From NCBI GenBank assembly GCA_947175845.1, contig CAMWOK010000001.1, positions 1 through 36,432 of the forward strand: a stretch of DNA of 36,432 bases, read 5' to 3'. A program made the translations under genes and the position numbers. The notes under the pieces are model-generated. The model worked only from the letters and a program-made list of their open reading frames with translations, was not told the origin of the DNA and did not search any database. Shown one piece after another: positions 27,767 through 36,432 of the stretch. Source of the stretch: an uncultured Lachnospiraceae bacterium. Its GTDB lineage: Bacteria > Bacillota > Clostridia > Lachnospirales > Lachnospiraceae. How positions within the stretch are numbered: the stretch's first letter is position 1; every line of letters begins with the position of its first letter.

Positions 27767-27906
27767 GTTACTGTTCACGCCCATTTGATTCTGGTATAAT
27801 TTTATGTAACGAGGGCGTAAACAGCAACAAATTTGCACACAAATTGATAAACGGCATCAATTTGGCGCACGCTTTTCACTATTTTTATGGACGAGTGAAC
27901 AGTAAC
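27767..27906. mobile_element. 140-bp MITE-like element with 12-bp terminal inverted repeats and an 8-bp target-site duplication
   Basis: GTTACTGTTCAC (27767-27778) and GTGAACAGTAAC (27895-27906) are exact reverse complements. TGAGGAAG directly flanks both ends (27759-27766 and 27907-27914). Confidence 0.85.
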
Positions 27907-27945
27907 TGAGGAAGATTAAAATTTGACAAAATATAGAATAATTTG

Positions 27946-27974
27946 TTGACGTATGAGGGGATTGTTTGTAAACT
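27946..27974 (+). promoter_or_regulatory. sigma-A promoter of the purE-purM-purN-purD operon
   Basis: TTGACG, 17 nt, TAAACT; GGAGG RBS before purE. Confidence 0.7.
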
Positions 27975-28017
27975 ATAAGAAGCTGAAGAATGAAGGATTA
28001 GATATTGGAGGGTTACT

Positions 28018-28527
28018 ATGGCACAGGTTGGGATTGTGATGGGTTCCGATTCGGACATGCCCGTCATGGCAAAGGCAGCAGATATACTGGAGGAGCTTGG
28101 GATTTCGTACGAGATGACGATCATCTCAGCGCACAGGGAGCCGGACGTTTTTTTTGAGTATGCAGGTTCTGCAGAGAAGAAAGGGTTTAAGGTAATCATC
28201 GCGGGAGCGGGGATGGCGGCCCATCTGCCGGGCATGTGTGCGGCAATTTTTCCGATGCCGGTGATCGGCGTCCCGATGCACACCACATCGCTTGGAGGGC
28301 GCGATTCGCTGTAGTCTATCGTGCAGCTGCCTTCGGGGATTCCGGTGGCGACGGTGGCGATCAACGGCGGCGCAAACGCAGGGCTTCTGGCGGCAAAGAT
28401 TCTTGCGACATCGGACAGCGGCCTTCTCGAGAAACTCAAAGCCTATTCTGCACAGCTCAAAGAGCAGGTTATGGCAAAGGATGCCAGACTGCAGGAGATC
28501 GGCTATCAGGAGTATCTTAAAAAATAG
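28018..28527 (+). pseudogene. purE: purE (N5-CAIR mutase/AIR carboxylase) interrupted by an in-frame TAG at codon 99 (nonsense allele, sequence error or readthrough)
   Basis: One frame reads [34 protein letters not shown]-[TAG 28312-28314]-SIVQLPSGIPVATVAING; 169 codons in total. Confidence 0.85.
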
Positions 28528-28568
28528 CAAACATTCAGGTTATTACATTGGAAAATCAGGAGGAAATT

Positions 28569-29594
28569 ATGGATTACAAGAACGCGGGTGTGGATATTGA
28601 AGCCGGCTATCAGTCAGTGGAACTGATGAAGAAGTATGTCAGGGAGACGATGCGTCCCGAAGTGCTGGGCGGTATCGGCGGATTTTCGGGAGCTTTTTCC
28701 ATGGAAAAATTTAAGGATATGGAAAAGCCGACGCTTGTCTCCGGCACGGACGGTGTCGGCACCAAGATTAAGCTGGCATTTTTGATGGATAAGCACGATA
28801 CGGTCGGGATTGACTGTGTGGCAATGTGTGTCAACGATATCGCATGTGCGGGCGCAGAGCCATTGTTTTTCCTGGATTATATTGCATGTGGAAAGAATGA
28901 GCCGGACAAGATCGCAACCATTGTAAAGGGCGTGGCAGAGGGATGTACACAGTGCGGCGCCGCGCTGATCGGCGGCGAGACTGCAGAGCATCCGGGGCTG
29001 ATGCCGGAGGACGAGTACGACCTTGCAGGGTTTGCCGTAGGTGTGGTCGACGAAAAGGATCTGATTACAGGAGCGGATCTCAAGGCGGGGGACGTGCTGG
29101 TCGGTATCGCGTCGAGCGGTGTGCACAGCAACGGTTTTTCTCTTGTCAGGAAGGTGTTTGACATGACGCGCGCAAGCCTCGACACGTACTATGACGAGCT
29201 GGGAAAAACGCTCGGTGAGGCGCTGATTGAGCCCACGATCATCTATGTGAAGGCGCTCAGAAACATCCGGGAAAACGGTGTGACGCTCAAGGCATGCAGC
29301 CACATTACGGGCGGCGGTTTTTATGAGAATGTGCCGCGTATGCTGCACGACGGCGTGTGTGCCGTGGTGCGCAAGGACAGCTATGAGGTGCCGGCGATCT
29401 TTCGTCTGCTCCAGGAAAAGGGCGGAATTGATGAGCATGTGATGTACAATACATACAACATGGGTATCGGCATGGTTGTGGCTGTGGACGCCGCAGATGT
29501 GGACAGAACGCTTGATGCAGTCCGGGCGGCTGGCGAGACAGGCTATGTGATCGGCGAGATTCAGGACGGCGAAAAGGGAGTGACGATATGCTGA
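28569..29594 (+). CDS. purM: Phosphoribosylformylglycinamidine cyclo-ligase (AIR synthetase)
   Basis: [44 protein letters not shown]. Confidence 0.96.
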   Translation: MDYKNAGVDIEAGYQSVELMKKYVRETMRPEVLGGIGGFSGAFSMEKFKDMEKPTLVSGTDGVGTKIKLAFLMDKHDTVGIDCVAMCVNDIACAGAEPLFFLDYIACGKNEPDKIATIVKGVAEGCTQCGAALIGGETAEHPGLMPEDEYDLAGFAVGVVDEKDLITGADLKAGDVLVGIASSGVHSNGFSLVRKVFDMTRASLDTYYDELGKTLGEALIEPTIIYVKALRNIRENGVTLKACSHITGGGFYENVPRMLHDGVCAVVRKDSYEVPAIFRLLQEKGGIDEHVMYNTYNMGIGMVVAVDAADVDRTLDAVRAAGETGYVIGEIQDGEKGVTIC

Positions 29595-30181
29595 GGATCT
29601 GTGTGTGCGTGTCCGGCGGCGGAACAAATCTCCAGGCGGTGATGGATGCCATCGACGCAGGCGGCATCACAAATACTGAGATTGTGAAGGTGATCAGCAA
29701 CAACAGAGGCGCGTATGCGCTGGTGCGGGCGGAAAGCAGGGGAATTGACGCGGCTGTCGTGTCCCCCAGAGACTATGCGGACAGAGAACTTTTTAACAGG
29801 GCATTTTTGCAGTGTGTGGACGAGGCTGCCCCGGATTTGATAGTTCTGGCAGGATTCCTTGTGGTACTTCCCCCGATGATGATCCAGAAGTATGAAGGGC
29901 GCATCATCAATATTCATCCGGCGCTGATTCCCTCCTTTTGCGGGAAAGGCTATTACGGGCTGAAAGTACATGAGGCGGTTCTTGCGCGCGGCGTGAAGAT
30001 AACAGGTGCTACTGTACATTTTGTGGACGAGGGGACAGATACGGGTCTGATTATTTTGCAGAAGGCAGTGGAAGTGCAGCCGGACGATACGCCGGAGGTA
30101 CTTCAGAAGCGCGTCATGGAACAGGCTGAGTGGGTGATCCTGCCGCAGGCGATTGACATGATCGCAAACGGGCGTATTTGA
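29588..30181 (+). CDS. purN: Phosphoribosylglycinamide formyltransferase
   Basis: [38 protein letters not shown]. Confidence 0.96.
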   Translation: MLRICVCVSGGGTNLQAVMDAIDAGGITNTEIVKVISNNRGAYALVRAESRGIDAAVVSPRDYADRELFNRAFLQCVDEAAPDLIVLAGFLVVLPPMMIQKYEGRIINIHPALIPSFCGKGYYGLKVHEAVLARGVKITGATVHFVDEGTDTGLIILQKAVEVQPDDTPEVLQKRVMEQAEWVILPQAIDMIANGRI

Positions 30182-30217
30182 TTTCACTGACATTAATATA
30201 GAAAGGATACGGACAAC

Positions 30218-31492
30218 ATGAGAGTATTGATCGTAGGAAGCGGCGGACGGGAGCATGCCATCGCGGCGAGCGTGGCAAAAAGCCCCAGAGTCCACAAGAT
30301 ATACTGTGCGCCTGGGAATGCCGGAATCGGACAGATCGCGGAGTGCGTGCCAATCGGTGCCATGGAGTTTGAACGGCTGACAGCTTTTGCGAAGCAGGAG
30401 CAGATCGACCTGACAATCATCGGCATGGACGATCCACTGGTGGGTGGCGTGGTCGACGCGTTTGAGGCGGAGGGACTTCGGGTATTCGGGCCGCGGAAGA
30501 ATGCGGCGATTCTGGAAGGCTCCAAAGCGTTTTCCAAGGATTTGATGAAGAAATATCATATCCCCACAGCGGCGTATGAGAATTTTGACGATGCAAACAG
30601 CGCACTGGCGTATCTCGAGACGGCGCGCTTCCCGATAGTGTTGAAAGCGGACGGCCTGGCGCTGGGAAAGGGCGTGCTGATCTGCAATACGCTTGAGCAG
30701 GCAAAGGAAGGTGTCCGCTCTATCATGCTGGACAAACAGTTTGGAACTGCCGGAAACCGCATGGTGATTGAGGAGTTTATGACGGGGCGTGAGGTGTCTG
30801 TCTTGTCCTACGTCGATGGGAAGACCATCAAGACCATGACCTCCGCGCAGGACCACAAGCGCGCGCAGGATGGGGATCAGGGACTCAATACCGGCGGTAT
30901 GGGAACATTTTCGCCGAGCCCGTTCTACACGGCCGAGGTGGACGCGTTCTGTCAGAAGCACATTTATCAGGCGACGGTCGACGCCATGGCGGCGGAGGGA
31001 AGGGAATTCAAAGGAATTATATTCTTCGGGCTGATGCTGACAGACGAGGGACCAAGGGTGCTTGAATATAATGCGCGCTTCGGGGATCCCGAGGCGCAGG
31101 TCGTGCTTCCGCGCATGAAAAATGACATTGTTGAGGTTATGGAGGCATGTATCGACGGAAGGCTGGACACAGTTGATCTGGAGTTCGAGGACAACGCGGC
31201 AGTCTGTGTCGTGCTTGCGAGCGATGGGTATCCGGTCAGGTACGACAAGGGATTTGCGATCAGAGGTCTCGAAAAATTTGACGGCAGGGAGGACTGCTAC
31301 TGTTTTCATGCAGGCACGAAGCTGGACGCGGACGGACGGTTTGTCACAAACGGAGGACGCGTGCTGGGTGTGACTGCAAAGGGAGCGGATCTCAGGGAAG
31401 CAAGGGCGAATGCATATGCGGCGGCAGAGTGGATTGACTTTGACAATAAGTATATGCGCCATGACATAGGAAAAGCAATCGATGAGATGTGA
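30218..31492 (+). CDS. purD: Phosphoribosylamine--glycine ligase
   Basis: GSGGREHA, APGNAG, LEGSKAFSK, KADGLALGKGV, QDHKR, NTGGMG, EYNARFGDPE. Confidence 0.97.
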   Translation: MRVLIVGSGGREHAIAASVAKSPRVHKIYCAPGNAGIGQIAECVPIGAMEFERLTAFAKQEQIDLTIIGMDDPLVGGVVDAFEAEGLRVFGPRKNAAILEGSKAFSKDLMKKYHIPTAAYENFDDANSALAYLETARFPIVLKADGLALGKGVLICNTLEQAKEGVRSIMLDKQFGTAGNRMVIEEFMTGREVSVLSYVDGKTIKTMTSAQDHKRAQDGDQGLNTGGMGTFSPSPFYTAEVDAFCQKHIYQATVDAMAAEGREFKGIIFFGLMLTDEGPRVLEYNARFGDPEAQVVLPRMKNDIVEVMEACIDGRLDTVDLEFEDNAAVCVVLASDGYPVRYDKGFAIRGLEKFDGREDCYCFHAGTKLDADGRFVTNGGRVLGVTAKGADLREARANAYAAAEWIDFDNKYMRHDIGKAIDEM

Positions 31493-31541
31493 GAGCGCCT
31501 GCGTCAAAATTTGCGCGGATTGACAGGAATGGGGGATAAAG

Positions 31542-33194
31542 ATGGATAAAAACAGAAGAAACAGAATAAAGCATATGCTCGCATCGCTGCTGTTCTGTAT
31601 GGTAATGAGTATCGGGATGGTCTGTTACGCCGATGATGAGGGCACGGTGATTGCAAAGAGTGCTGTCATCAGGGCGTCGGCTGATTCGAACAGCGAGAAA
31701 CTTGCAAGCCTGCCGTCAGGCAAGGTGATTGACATTGTCGGGCAGACAACAGGTTCCGACGGCATGACGTGGTATCAGGTCTATGTGGATTCCAACACAA
31801 AAGGGTTTATCAGAGGGGATCTGATAAAGTTAAAAGACGGAGTGAAGATACCTGCAGTGCAGTCCGGAGCCGGAACCGGAACCTCCTCGACCTTACAAAA
31901 TTCGAACTCAGATTCGAGTCAGGCGCAGGGCACAACGACACCGGTGGAGGCAAGACAGGTCACTGTCCTGAGCAACAACACCAACATCAGAGAAACCGCC
32001 TCCACAAATTCCAAGTCGAGGGCTAAAGTAAACCGCGGCATGGTGCTGACGATAACTGGTGAGACTACCGGTACGGACGGCAAAAAGTGGTATCAGGTAT
32101 CGTTTAAGTACAACAATACGGATGTGACTGGTTTTATCCGCTCCGATCTGGTGACGACGGACAACGTTCCGGCGGACACGGCGACATCGCAGATCACAGG
32201 AACAGAAAATCCTGAGGAACAGCCGCCCGAGACACAGCCGGAGGAGCAGCCGCCAGAGGAGACGCCGGCTGAGACACCGGCAGATACGAGTCAGACGAAC
32301 AACAATACCGTCATTCCGATGAACGTGGATGAAGTACCTTATATTATGCCTGAATTTGAACCAGTTTCTCTCGGGCAGGACGGACAGGAGTACAAGGGAT
32401 ACAGAAATGGAAAATTTTTCATTTTCTATGCACAGAAGTCAGACGGAGAACAGGGCTGGTACTTGTTTGATTCAGAGAAGAGTGTTTACCAGAGATATCC
32501 ATATACAGTGGATGGAACTACGGTGCCCAAAGGAGGCATCGGCTCAGCAGATATGATTCTGATCATTGTGCTGGTTGCTATTATTGTGATTCTCGTGGCT
32601 GCAGTGGGATTGCTGCTGCTCAAACTCAGAGGCCAAGGGCCTTCCTATAAAAAATATAAGGGGTACGACGATGAGGACGAGTACCCGGAGGATGATGATA
32701 TAGAGGATCTGGAAGATCTTGAGGACGATGAGGATGACGACGACGAGCCGCGCATGGTACGGCGTCCGCAGGGAGGCGCACCGCAGCCGTCGAGACGTCC
32801 GCAGGGAGGTCCTGGCGGACAGCCGCCAAGACGCCCGCAGGGAGGTGCTCCAGGAGGAAATGCACCGCAGCCGCCAAGGCGTCCGCAGGGAGGTCCTGGC
32901 GGACAGCCGCCAAGACGCCCGCAGGGAGGTGCTCCAAGTGGAAATGCACCACAGCCACAGGGGGGCGCACCGCAGCCGCCAAGACGCCCGCAGGGAGGCA
33001 GTCCTTCCAATGGTGCGCCAAGGCAGCAGGGGGCTCAGCCGCAAAGGCGCCCGCAGGGAGGCCCTGGCGGACAGCCGCCGAGGCGTCAGCCGCAGAACGA
33101 CAGGGTTCCAAATGAAAAGGGACAGATGCAGAAGGGATATAAGGCAAAGAACCTTCTCGACGATGATGACATGGATTTGATGGATATGGAGTGA
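31542..33194 (+). CDS. Membrane-anchored surface protein with two SH3b-like domains and a disordered cytoplasmic tail
   Basis: Signal peptide (...VCYA/DD), two repeats IR....G.DGxxWYQV....GFIRxDL, a P/E-rich linker, TM ILIIVLVAIIVILVAAVGLLLL, then acidic and RRPQGG blocks. Confidence 0.85.
   Translation: MDKNRRNRIKHMLASLLFCMVMSIGMVCYADDEGTVIAKSAVIRASADSNSEKLASLPSGKVIDIVGQTTGSDGMTWYQVYVDSNTKGFIRGDLIKLKDGVKIPAVQSGAGTGTSSTLQNSNSDSSQAQGTTTPVEARQVTVLSNNTNIRETASTNSKSRAKVNRGMVLTITGETTGTDGKKWYQVSFKYNNTDVTGFIRSDLVTTDNVPADTATSQITGTENPEEQPPETQPEEQPPEETPAETPADTSQTNNNTVIPMNVDEVPYIMPEFEPVSLGQDGQEYKGYRNGKFFIFYAQKSDGEQGWYLFDSEKSVYQRYPYTVDGTTVPKGGIGSADMILIIVLVAIIVILVAAVGLLLLKLRGQGPSYKKYKGYDDEDEYPEDDDIEDLEDLEDDEDDDDEPRMVRRPQGGAPQPSRRPQGGPGGQPPRRPQGGAPGGNAPQPPRRPQGGPGGQPPRRPQGGAPSGNAPQPQGGAPQPPRRPQGGSPSNGAPRQQGAQPQRRPQGGPGGQPPRRQPQNDRVPNEKGQMQKGYKAKNLLDDDDMDLMDME
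32760..33095 (+). repeat. Intragenic tandem repeats encoding 7x RRPQGG
   Basis: Repeated cgtccgcagggagg/cgcccgcagggagg units, with a near-identical 84-bp duplication starting at 32796 and 32880. Confidence 0.9.
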
Positions 33195-33204
33195 TATAAA
33201 AACA

Positions 33205-33243
33205 AAAGAACTTGTCTGATTACAGCAATCGGACAAGTTCTTT
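33205..33243 (+). terminator. Intrinsic terminator after the SH3b gene
   Basis: AAAGAACTTGTCTGATT-acagc-AATCGGACAAGTTCTTT. Confidence 0.8.
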
Positions 33244-33288
33244 CGCGCTAACTCATTTCACACGATTCTAAAAATTTGATAACATCTC

Positions 33289-33317
33289 TTGTACACACAT
33301 GTTCAGTGTGCTACAAT
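33289..33317 (+). promoter_or_regulatory. sigma-A promoter of the GntR-clpC operon
   Basis: TTGTAC, 17 nt, TACAAT with an extended -10 TG (33309-33310). Confidence 0.65.
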
Positions 33318-33357
33318 CTATATAACAGCCGACAAAATGGAAGGAGCGTGGGTATAA

Positions 33358-33735
33358 ATGTATATTGAGATTGATTTTAACAGTGATGAGGCGCTTTATC
33401 TACAGCTGTGCAACCAGATCATCATCGGGATAGCCACGTCCCAGTTCCAGGAGGGAGACGCACTTCCCTCCGTCAGACAGCTTGCAGACACGATCGGCAT
33501 CAATATGCACACCGTCAACAAGGCGTATTCTGTGTTGAAGCAGGAGGGGTTTGTGAAGGTGGACCGAAGAAAAGGCGCTGTGATTGCAATTGATATAGAC
33601 AGGATGCGGGCGCGGGAAGAACTTAAGCGCGACATGCAGGTGCTGCTGGCGAGGAGCAGCTGCAAGCAGATATCGAGGGAAGAGGTTCACGCGCTGATCG
33701 ATGAGATCTATGAAGGCTATGAAAATGAGATTTAA
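33358..33735 (+). CDS. GntR-family regulator, YtrA subfamily
   Basis: 125 aa with LYLQL...GDALPSVRQLA...INMHTVNKAY..L..EG and a short helical C-terminus. Confidence 0.92.
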   Translation: MYIEIDFNSDEALYLQLCNQIIIGIATSQFQEGDALPSVRQLADTIGINMHTVNKAYSVLKQEGFVKVDRRKGAVIAIDIDRMRAREELKRDMQVLLARSSCKQISREEVHALIDEIYEGYENEI

Positions 33736-33759
33736 AAAATAAGATGGAGGCGTAGGAAA

Positions 33760-36225
33760 ATGCAGCAGTTTACAGATAAGGCAAAGGCAGCGCTGCAGAA
33801 GGCGGCCAAAGCTGCCAGGGATTTGCATCAGAGCTACATTGGGAGTGAGCATATTCTTGTGGGGCTTGTGAAGGAGCGGACAGGTGTCGCCGCGCGGGTG
33901 CTTGCCGATAACGGCGTGGACGAGGTGCAGCTTGTCAGCATGATCAAGGAGCTGATCGCTCCGGAGGGAAACATTGCACTGCTGGAGCGGGACGGATATT
34001 CTCCCCGCGCCGCAAAGGTTCTTGAGGACAGCCACAGACTGGCAGAGAAATACAAGAGTCAGCTCACCGGCACAGAGCACATTCTGCTTGCCATCCTGAG
34101 AGAGGGCGAGAATGTCGGGCTTCGGCTTCTGAATACCATTGGTGTCAATGTGCAGAAACTGTATATGGACACGTTGATTGCCATGGGGGAGGACATCAAC
34201 CAGCACAAGGACGATTTGAGCAAGAACCGCAATAAAAAGAAGAGGGACGGAACCACACAGACCCTGAATCAGTACAGCAGAGATCTGACACATCTGGCCA
34301 GAGAGGGAAAACTTGATCCGGTGGTGGGCAGGGAGACGGAGATCATGCGCGTCGTGCAGATCCTGTCGAGGCGCACCAAGAACAATCCCTGCCTGATCGG
34401 GGAGCCGGGCGTTGGCAAGACTGCCATCGCGGAGGGGCTGGCGCTGCGCATCGTGAACGGCGATGTGCCCGATACAGTCAAGAACAAGCGGGTTGTCACG
34501 CTTGACCTTGCCGGGATGGTGGCAGGGTCGAAGTACCGCGGAGAGTTTGAGGAACGAATCAAGCGCGTCATCCGGGAAGTGATCGATGCGGGAAATATCT
34601 ATCTTTTTCTTGACGAGATACACACGCTGATCGGCGCGGGCGGCGCGGAGGGAGCCATCGACGCCTCCAACATCCTCAAACCGTCCCTGTCCAGGGGGGA
34701 GATCCAGCTGATCGGTGCCACGACCATAGCGGAGTACCGCAAGTACATCGAGAAGGATGCAGCGCTCGAGAGACGTTTTCAGCCAGTTATGGTGGAGGAG
34801 CCAAACGAGAGCGAGGCGGTCGAGATCCTCAACGGGGTGGCCTACAAGTATGAGGAACATCACAATGTGACGATCACGCAGGAGGCGATCGAGGCGGCTG
34901 TCAAGCTGTCAGACCGCTACATCAATGACAGAAATCTTCCAGACAAGGCGATTGACCTGATCGATGAGGCATCCGCCGCCATCCGGCTCAAAAACATGAA
35001 TGTGCCTGAGAGTTTCAAGGAGATGACGGATCAGATCAAAAAGTATGATCTGCAGATCGAGCGCTCGATCCGGATGGAGGCGTACACGCAGGCCGCGGAG
35101 CTTCGCAAGGCGCAGGATGAGCTGATCAAGAAATACGACAAGGCAGTGACCAGGTATGAGAAGAACCAGGAAGAGCGGAAACTGGTCGTGACGGAGAACG
35201 ACATTGCGGAGGTTGTGGCAAACTGGACGAAGATTCCGGTCAAAAAACTGACGCAGAAGGAGAGCGAGCGTCTGCTGAAGCTCGAGTCTATTCTTCACAA
35301 GCGCGTCATTGGCCAGGAGGAGGCGGTCACAGCGGTAGCGCAGACCATGAAGCGCGGCCGCGTCGGCCTGCAGGACCCGAACAGACCGATCGGCTCTTTT
35401 CTGTTTCTGGGACCGACAGGTGTGGGGAAGACAGAGTTGTCCAAGGCGCTTGCCGAGGCGATGTTCGGCTCTGAGAACGCCCTGATCCGTGTGGATATGT
35501 CGGAGTATATGGAGTCTCACTCCGTCTCCAAGATGGTCGGTTCCCCTCCAGGGTATGTAGGCTTCGAGGAAGGCGGACAGCTCAGCGAGAAGGTGCGCAG
35601 ATCACCGTACTCTGTAGTGCTGTTTGACGAGATCGAGAAAGCGCATCCGGACGTGTTCAATATCCTTCTTCAGGTGCTTGATGACGGTCATATTACGGAT
35701 TCCAAGGGGCGGAAGGTAAGCTTTAAGAACACGATCCTGATCATGACATCCAACGCGGGGGCACAGCGGATTGTCGACCCCAAAAACCTCGGATTTGCGG
35801 CCAAGAGGGATGCACAGGCGGATTACAACAAGATGAAATCAGGTGTTATGGAAGAAGTGAAGCGTCTGTTTAAGCCGGAGTTTATCAACCGCATCGATGA
35901 GATCATGGTATTCCATCCGCTGACCGAGGCGGACATGAAACAGATCGTGACGCTGCTGTCCAAAAATCTCTGCGAGCGGTGCAGGGCACAGATGGACATC
36001 GACCTGTCATTTACCAATACGTTGAAGGAATATCTGGTCAAAAAATATTCGGATCTCAAGATGGGAGCCAGACCACTCAAGCGCGCGATTCAGAATGTGG
36101 TTGAAAACGAGCTTGCCACAGCTATTCTGGAAGGAAGAGTCAACCGGGGCGACGCGGTGACTGCCGGAGTGCGCGGGGACAAAGTGACGTTCACGGTAAA
36201 GGAAGCCAGACAGCCGGAAGCATAA
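33760..36225 (+). CDS. clpC: ATP-dependent Clp protease ATP-binding subunit ClpC
   Basis: Two Clp-N repeats, [21 protein letters not shown], short M-domain, [12 protein letters not shown] pore loop, LGF ClpP-docking loop, GARPL. Confidence 0.95.
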   Translation: MQQFTDKAKAALQKAAKAARDLHQSYIGSEHILVGLVKERTGVAARVLADNGVDEVQLVSMIKELIAPEGNIALLERDGYSPRAAKVLEDSHRLAEKYKSQLTGTEHILLAILREGENVGLRLLNTIGVNVQKLYMDTLIAMGEDINQHKDDLSKNRNKKKRDGTTQTLNQYSRDLTHLAREGKLDPVVGRETEIMRVVQILSRRTKNNPCLIGEPGVGKTAIAEGLALRIVNGDVPDTVKNKRVVTLDLAGMVAGSKYRGEFEERIKRVIREVIDAGNIYLFLDEIHTLIGAGGAEGAIDASNILKPSLSRGEIQLIGATTIAEYRKYIEKDAALERRFQPVMVEEPNESEAVEILNGVAYKYEEHHNVTITQEAIEAAVKLSDRYINDRNLPDKAIDLIDEASAAIRLKNMNVPESFKEMTDQIKKYDLQIERSIRMEAYTQAAELRKAQDELIKKYDKAVTRYEKNQEERKLVVTENDIAEVVANWTKIPVKKLTQKESERLLKLESILHKRVIGQEEAVTAVAQTMKRGRVGLQDPNRPIGSFLFLGPTGVGKTELSKALAEAMFGSENALIRVDMSEYMESHSVSKMVGSPPGYVGFEEGGQLSEKVRRSPYSVVLFDEIEKAHPDVFNILLQVLDDGHITDSKGRKVSFKNTILIMTSNAGAQRIVDPKNLGFAAKRDAQADYNKMKSGVMEEVKRLFKPEFINRIDEIMVFHPLTEADMKQIVTLLSKNLCERCRAQMDIDLSFTNTLKEYLVKKYSDLKMGARPLKRAIQNVVENELATAILEGRVNRGDAVTAGVRGDKVTFTVKEARQPEA

Positions 36226-36322
36226 TTTTTCGCAAAAAATTTGTGGAAAAAGAGAAACAGATAGTATATGATTATAGTGTAAGAGAAACTAATTCTAATA
36301 AACTTTTAGGAGGACAAATGAA

Positions 36323-36432
36323 ATGGCAGTAATTGATGAATTACTACGTTCCGAGAGTAATGGAAGTATCAGCTTTGGGAATCACGAGCTGGCGGCAAAG
36401 GCGAAGCTTGAGGATTATGAGCATTCTGGGGA
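36323..36432 (+). CDS. 5' part of a hypothetical protein (runs off the window)
   Basis: AGGAGG RBS (36308-36313), then an open frame MAVIDELLRSESNGSISFGNHELAAKAKLEDYEHSG... Confidence 0.7.
   Translation, partial: MAVIDELLRSESNGSISFGNHELAAKAKLEDYEHSG

Noticed and set aside
28324-28345. CUUCGG hairpin after the purE TAG as a recoding signal
   Set aside because: The stem is only 2 bp and is dictated by the Pro-Ser-Gly codons.
14468-28527. Genome-wide TAG reassignment as the explanation for the purE stop
   Set aside because: TAG ends the helicase, GT2, pyrF, pyrE, the small ORF and purE itself at plausible C-termini, and no other gene shows an internal TAG.
29561-31507. Long antisense ORFs (648 aa here; also 537-1778, 6187-7557, 33400-34863)
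   Set aside because: They lie opposite well-conserved genes and lack recognisable motifs. Such shadow ORFs are expected from GC-rich codon usage.
32760-33095. Possible CRISPR array
   Set aside because: The repeats are in frame within a protein, vary at synonymous sites, lack unique spacers, and there are no cas genes.

Overview
This is core-genome DNA from an anaerobic Firmicute, most likely Lachnospiraceae (inferred from gene content and sigma-A-type promoters). In order it contains: a partial Cys-rich DUF3795-like gene, fused purL, an orphan chemoreceptor, a MATE transporter, a heterodimeric ABC exporter, an HPr-like protein, a nuclease-fused XPD/DinG helicase, ugd, malQ with a LacI regulator and operator, a degenerate GT2, a TPR lipoprotein, class III RNR nrdD with NrdR boxes, pyrF-pyrE, two small membrane proteins, an M29 aminopeptidase, purE-purM-purN-purD, an SH3b surface protein, a GntR regulator and clpC. 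I saw no rRNA, tRNA, CRISPR array, prophage or transposase. Three observations stand out. (1) A 140-bp non-coding MITE-like element (27767-27906) has perfect 12-bp terminal inverted repeats and an exact 8-bp target-site duplication; it sits at a stop codon directly upstream of the pur operon and carries an extended -10 box. (2) purE is interrupted by a single in-frame TAG (28312-28314) inside a conserved motif, while the other pur genes look intact. (3) NrdD is of the redoxin-dependent type and has a C-terminal CPNC glutaredoxin-like domain fused to it. No database search could be run, so novelty is untested.
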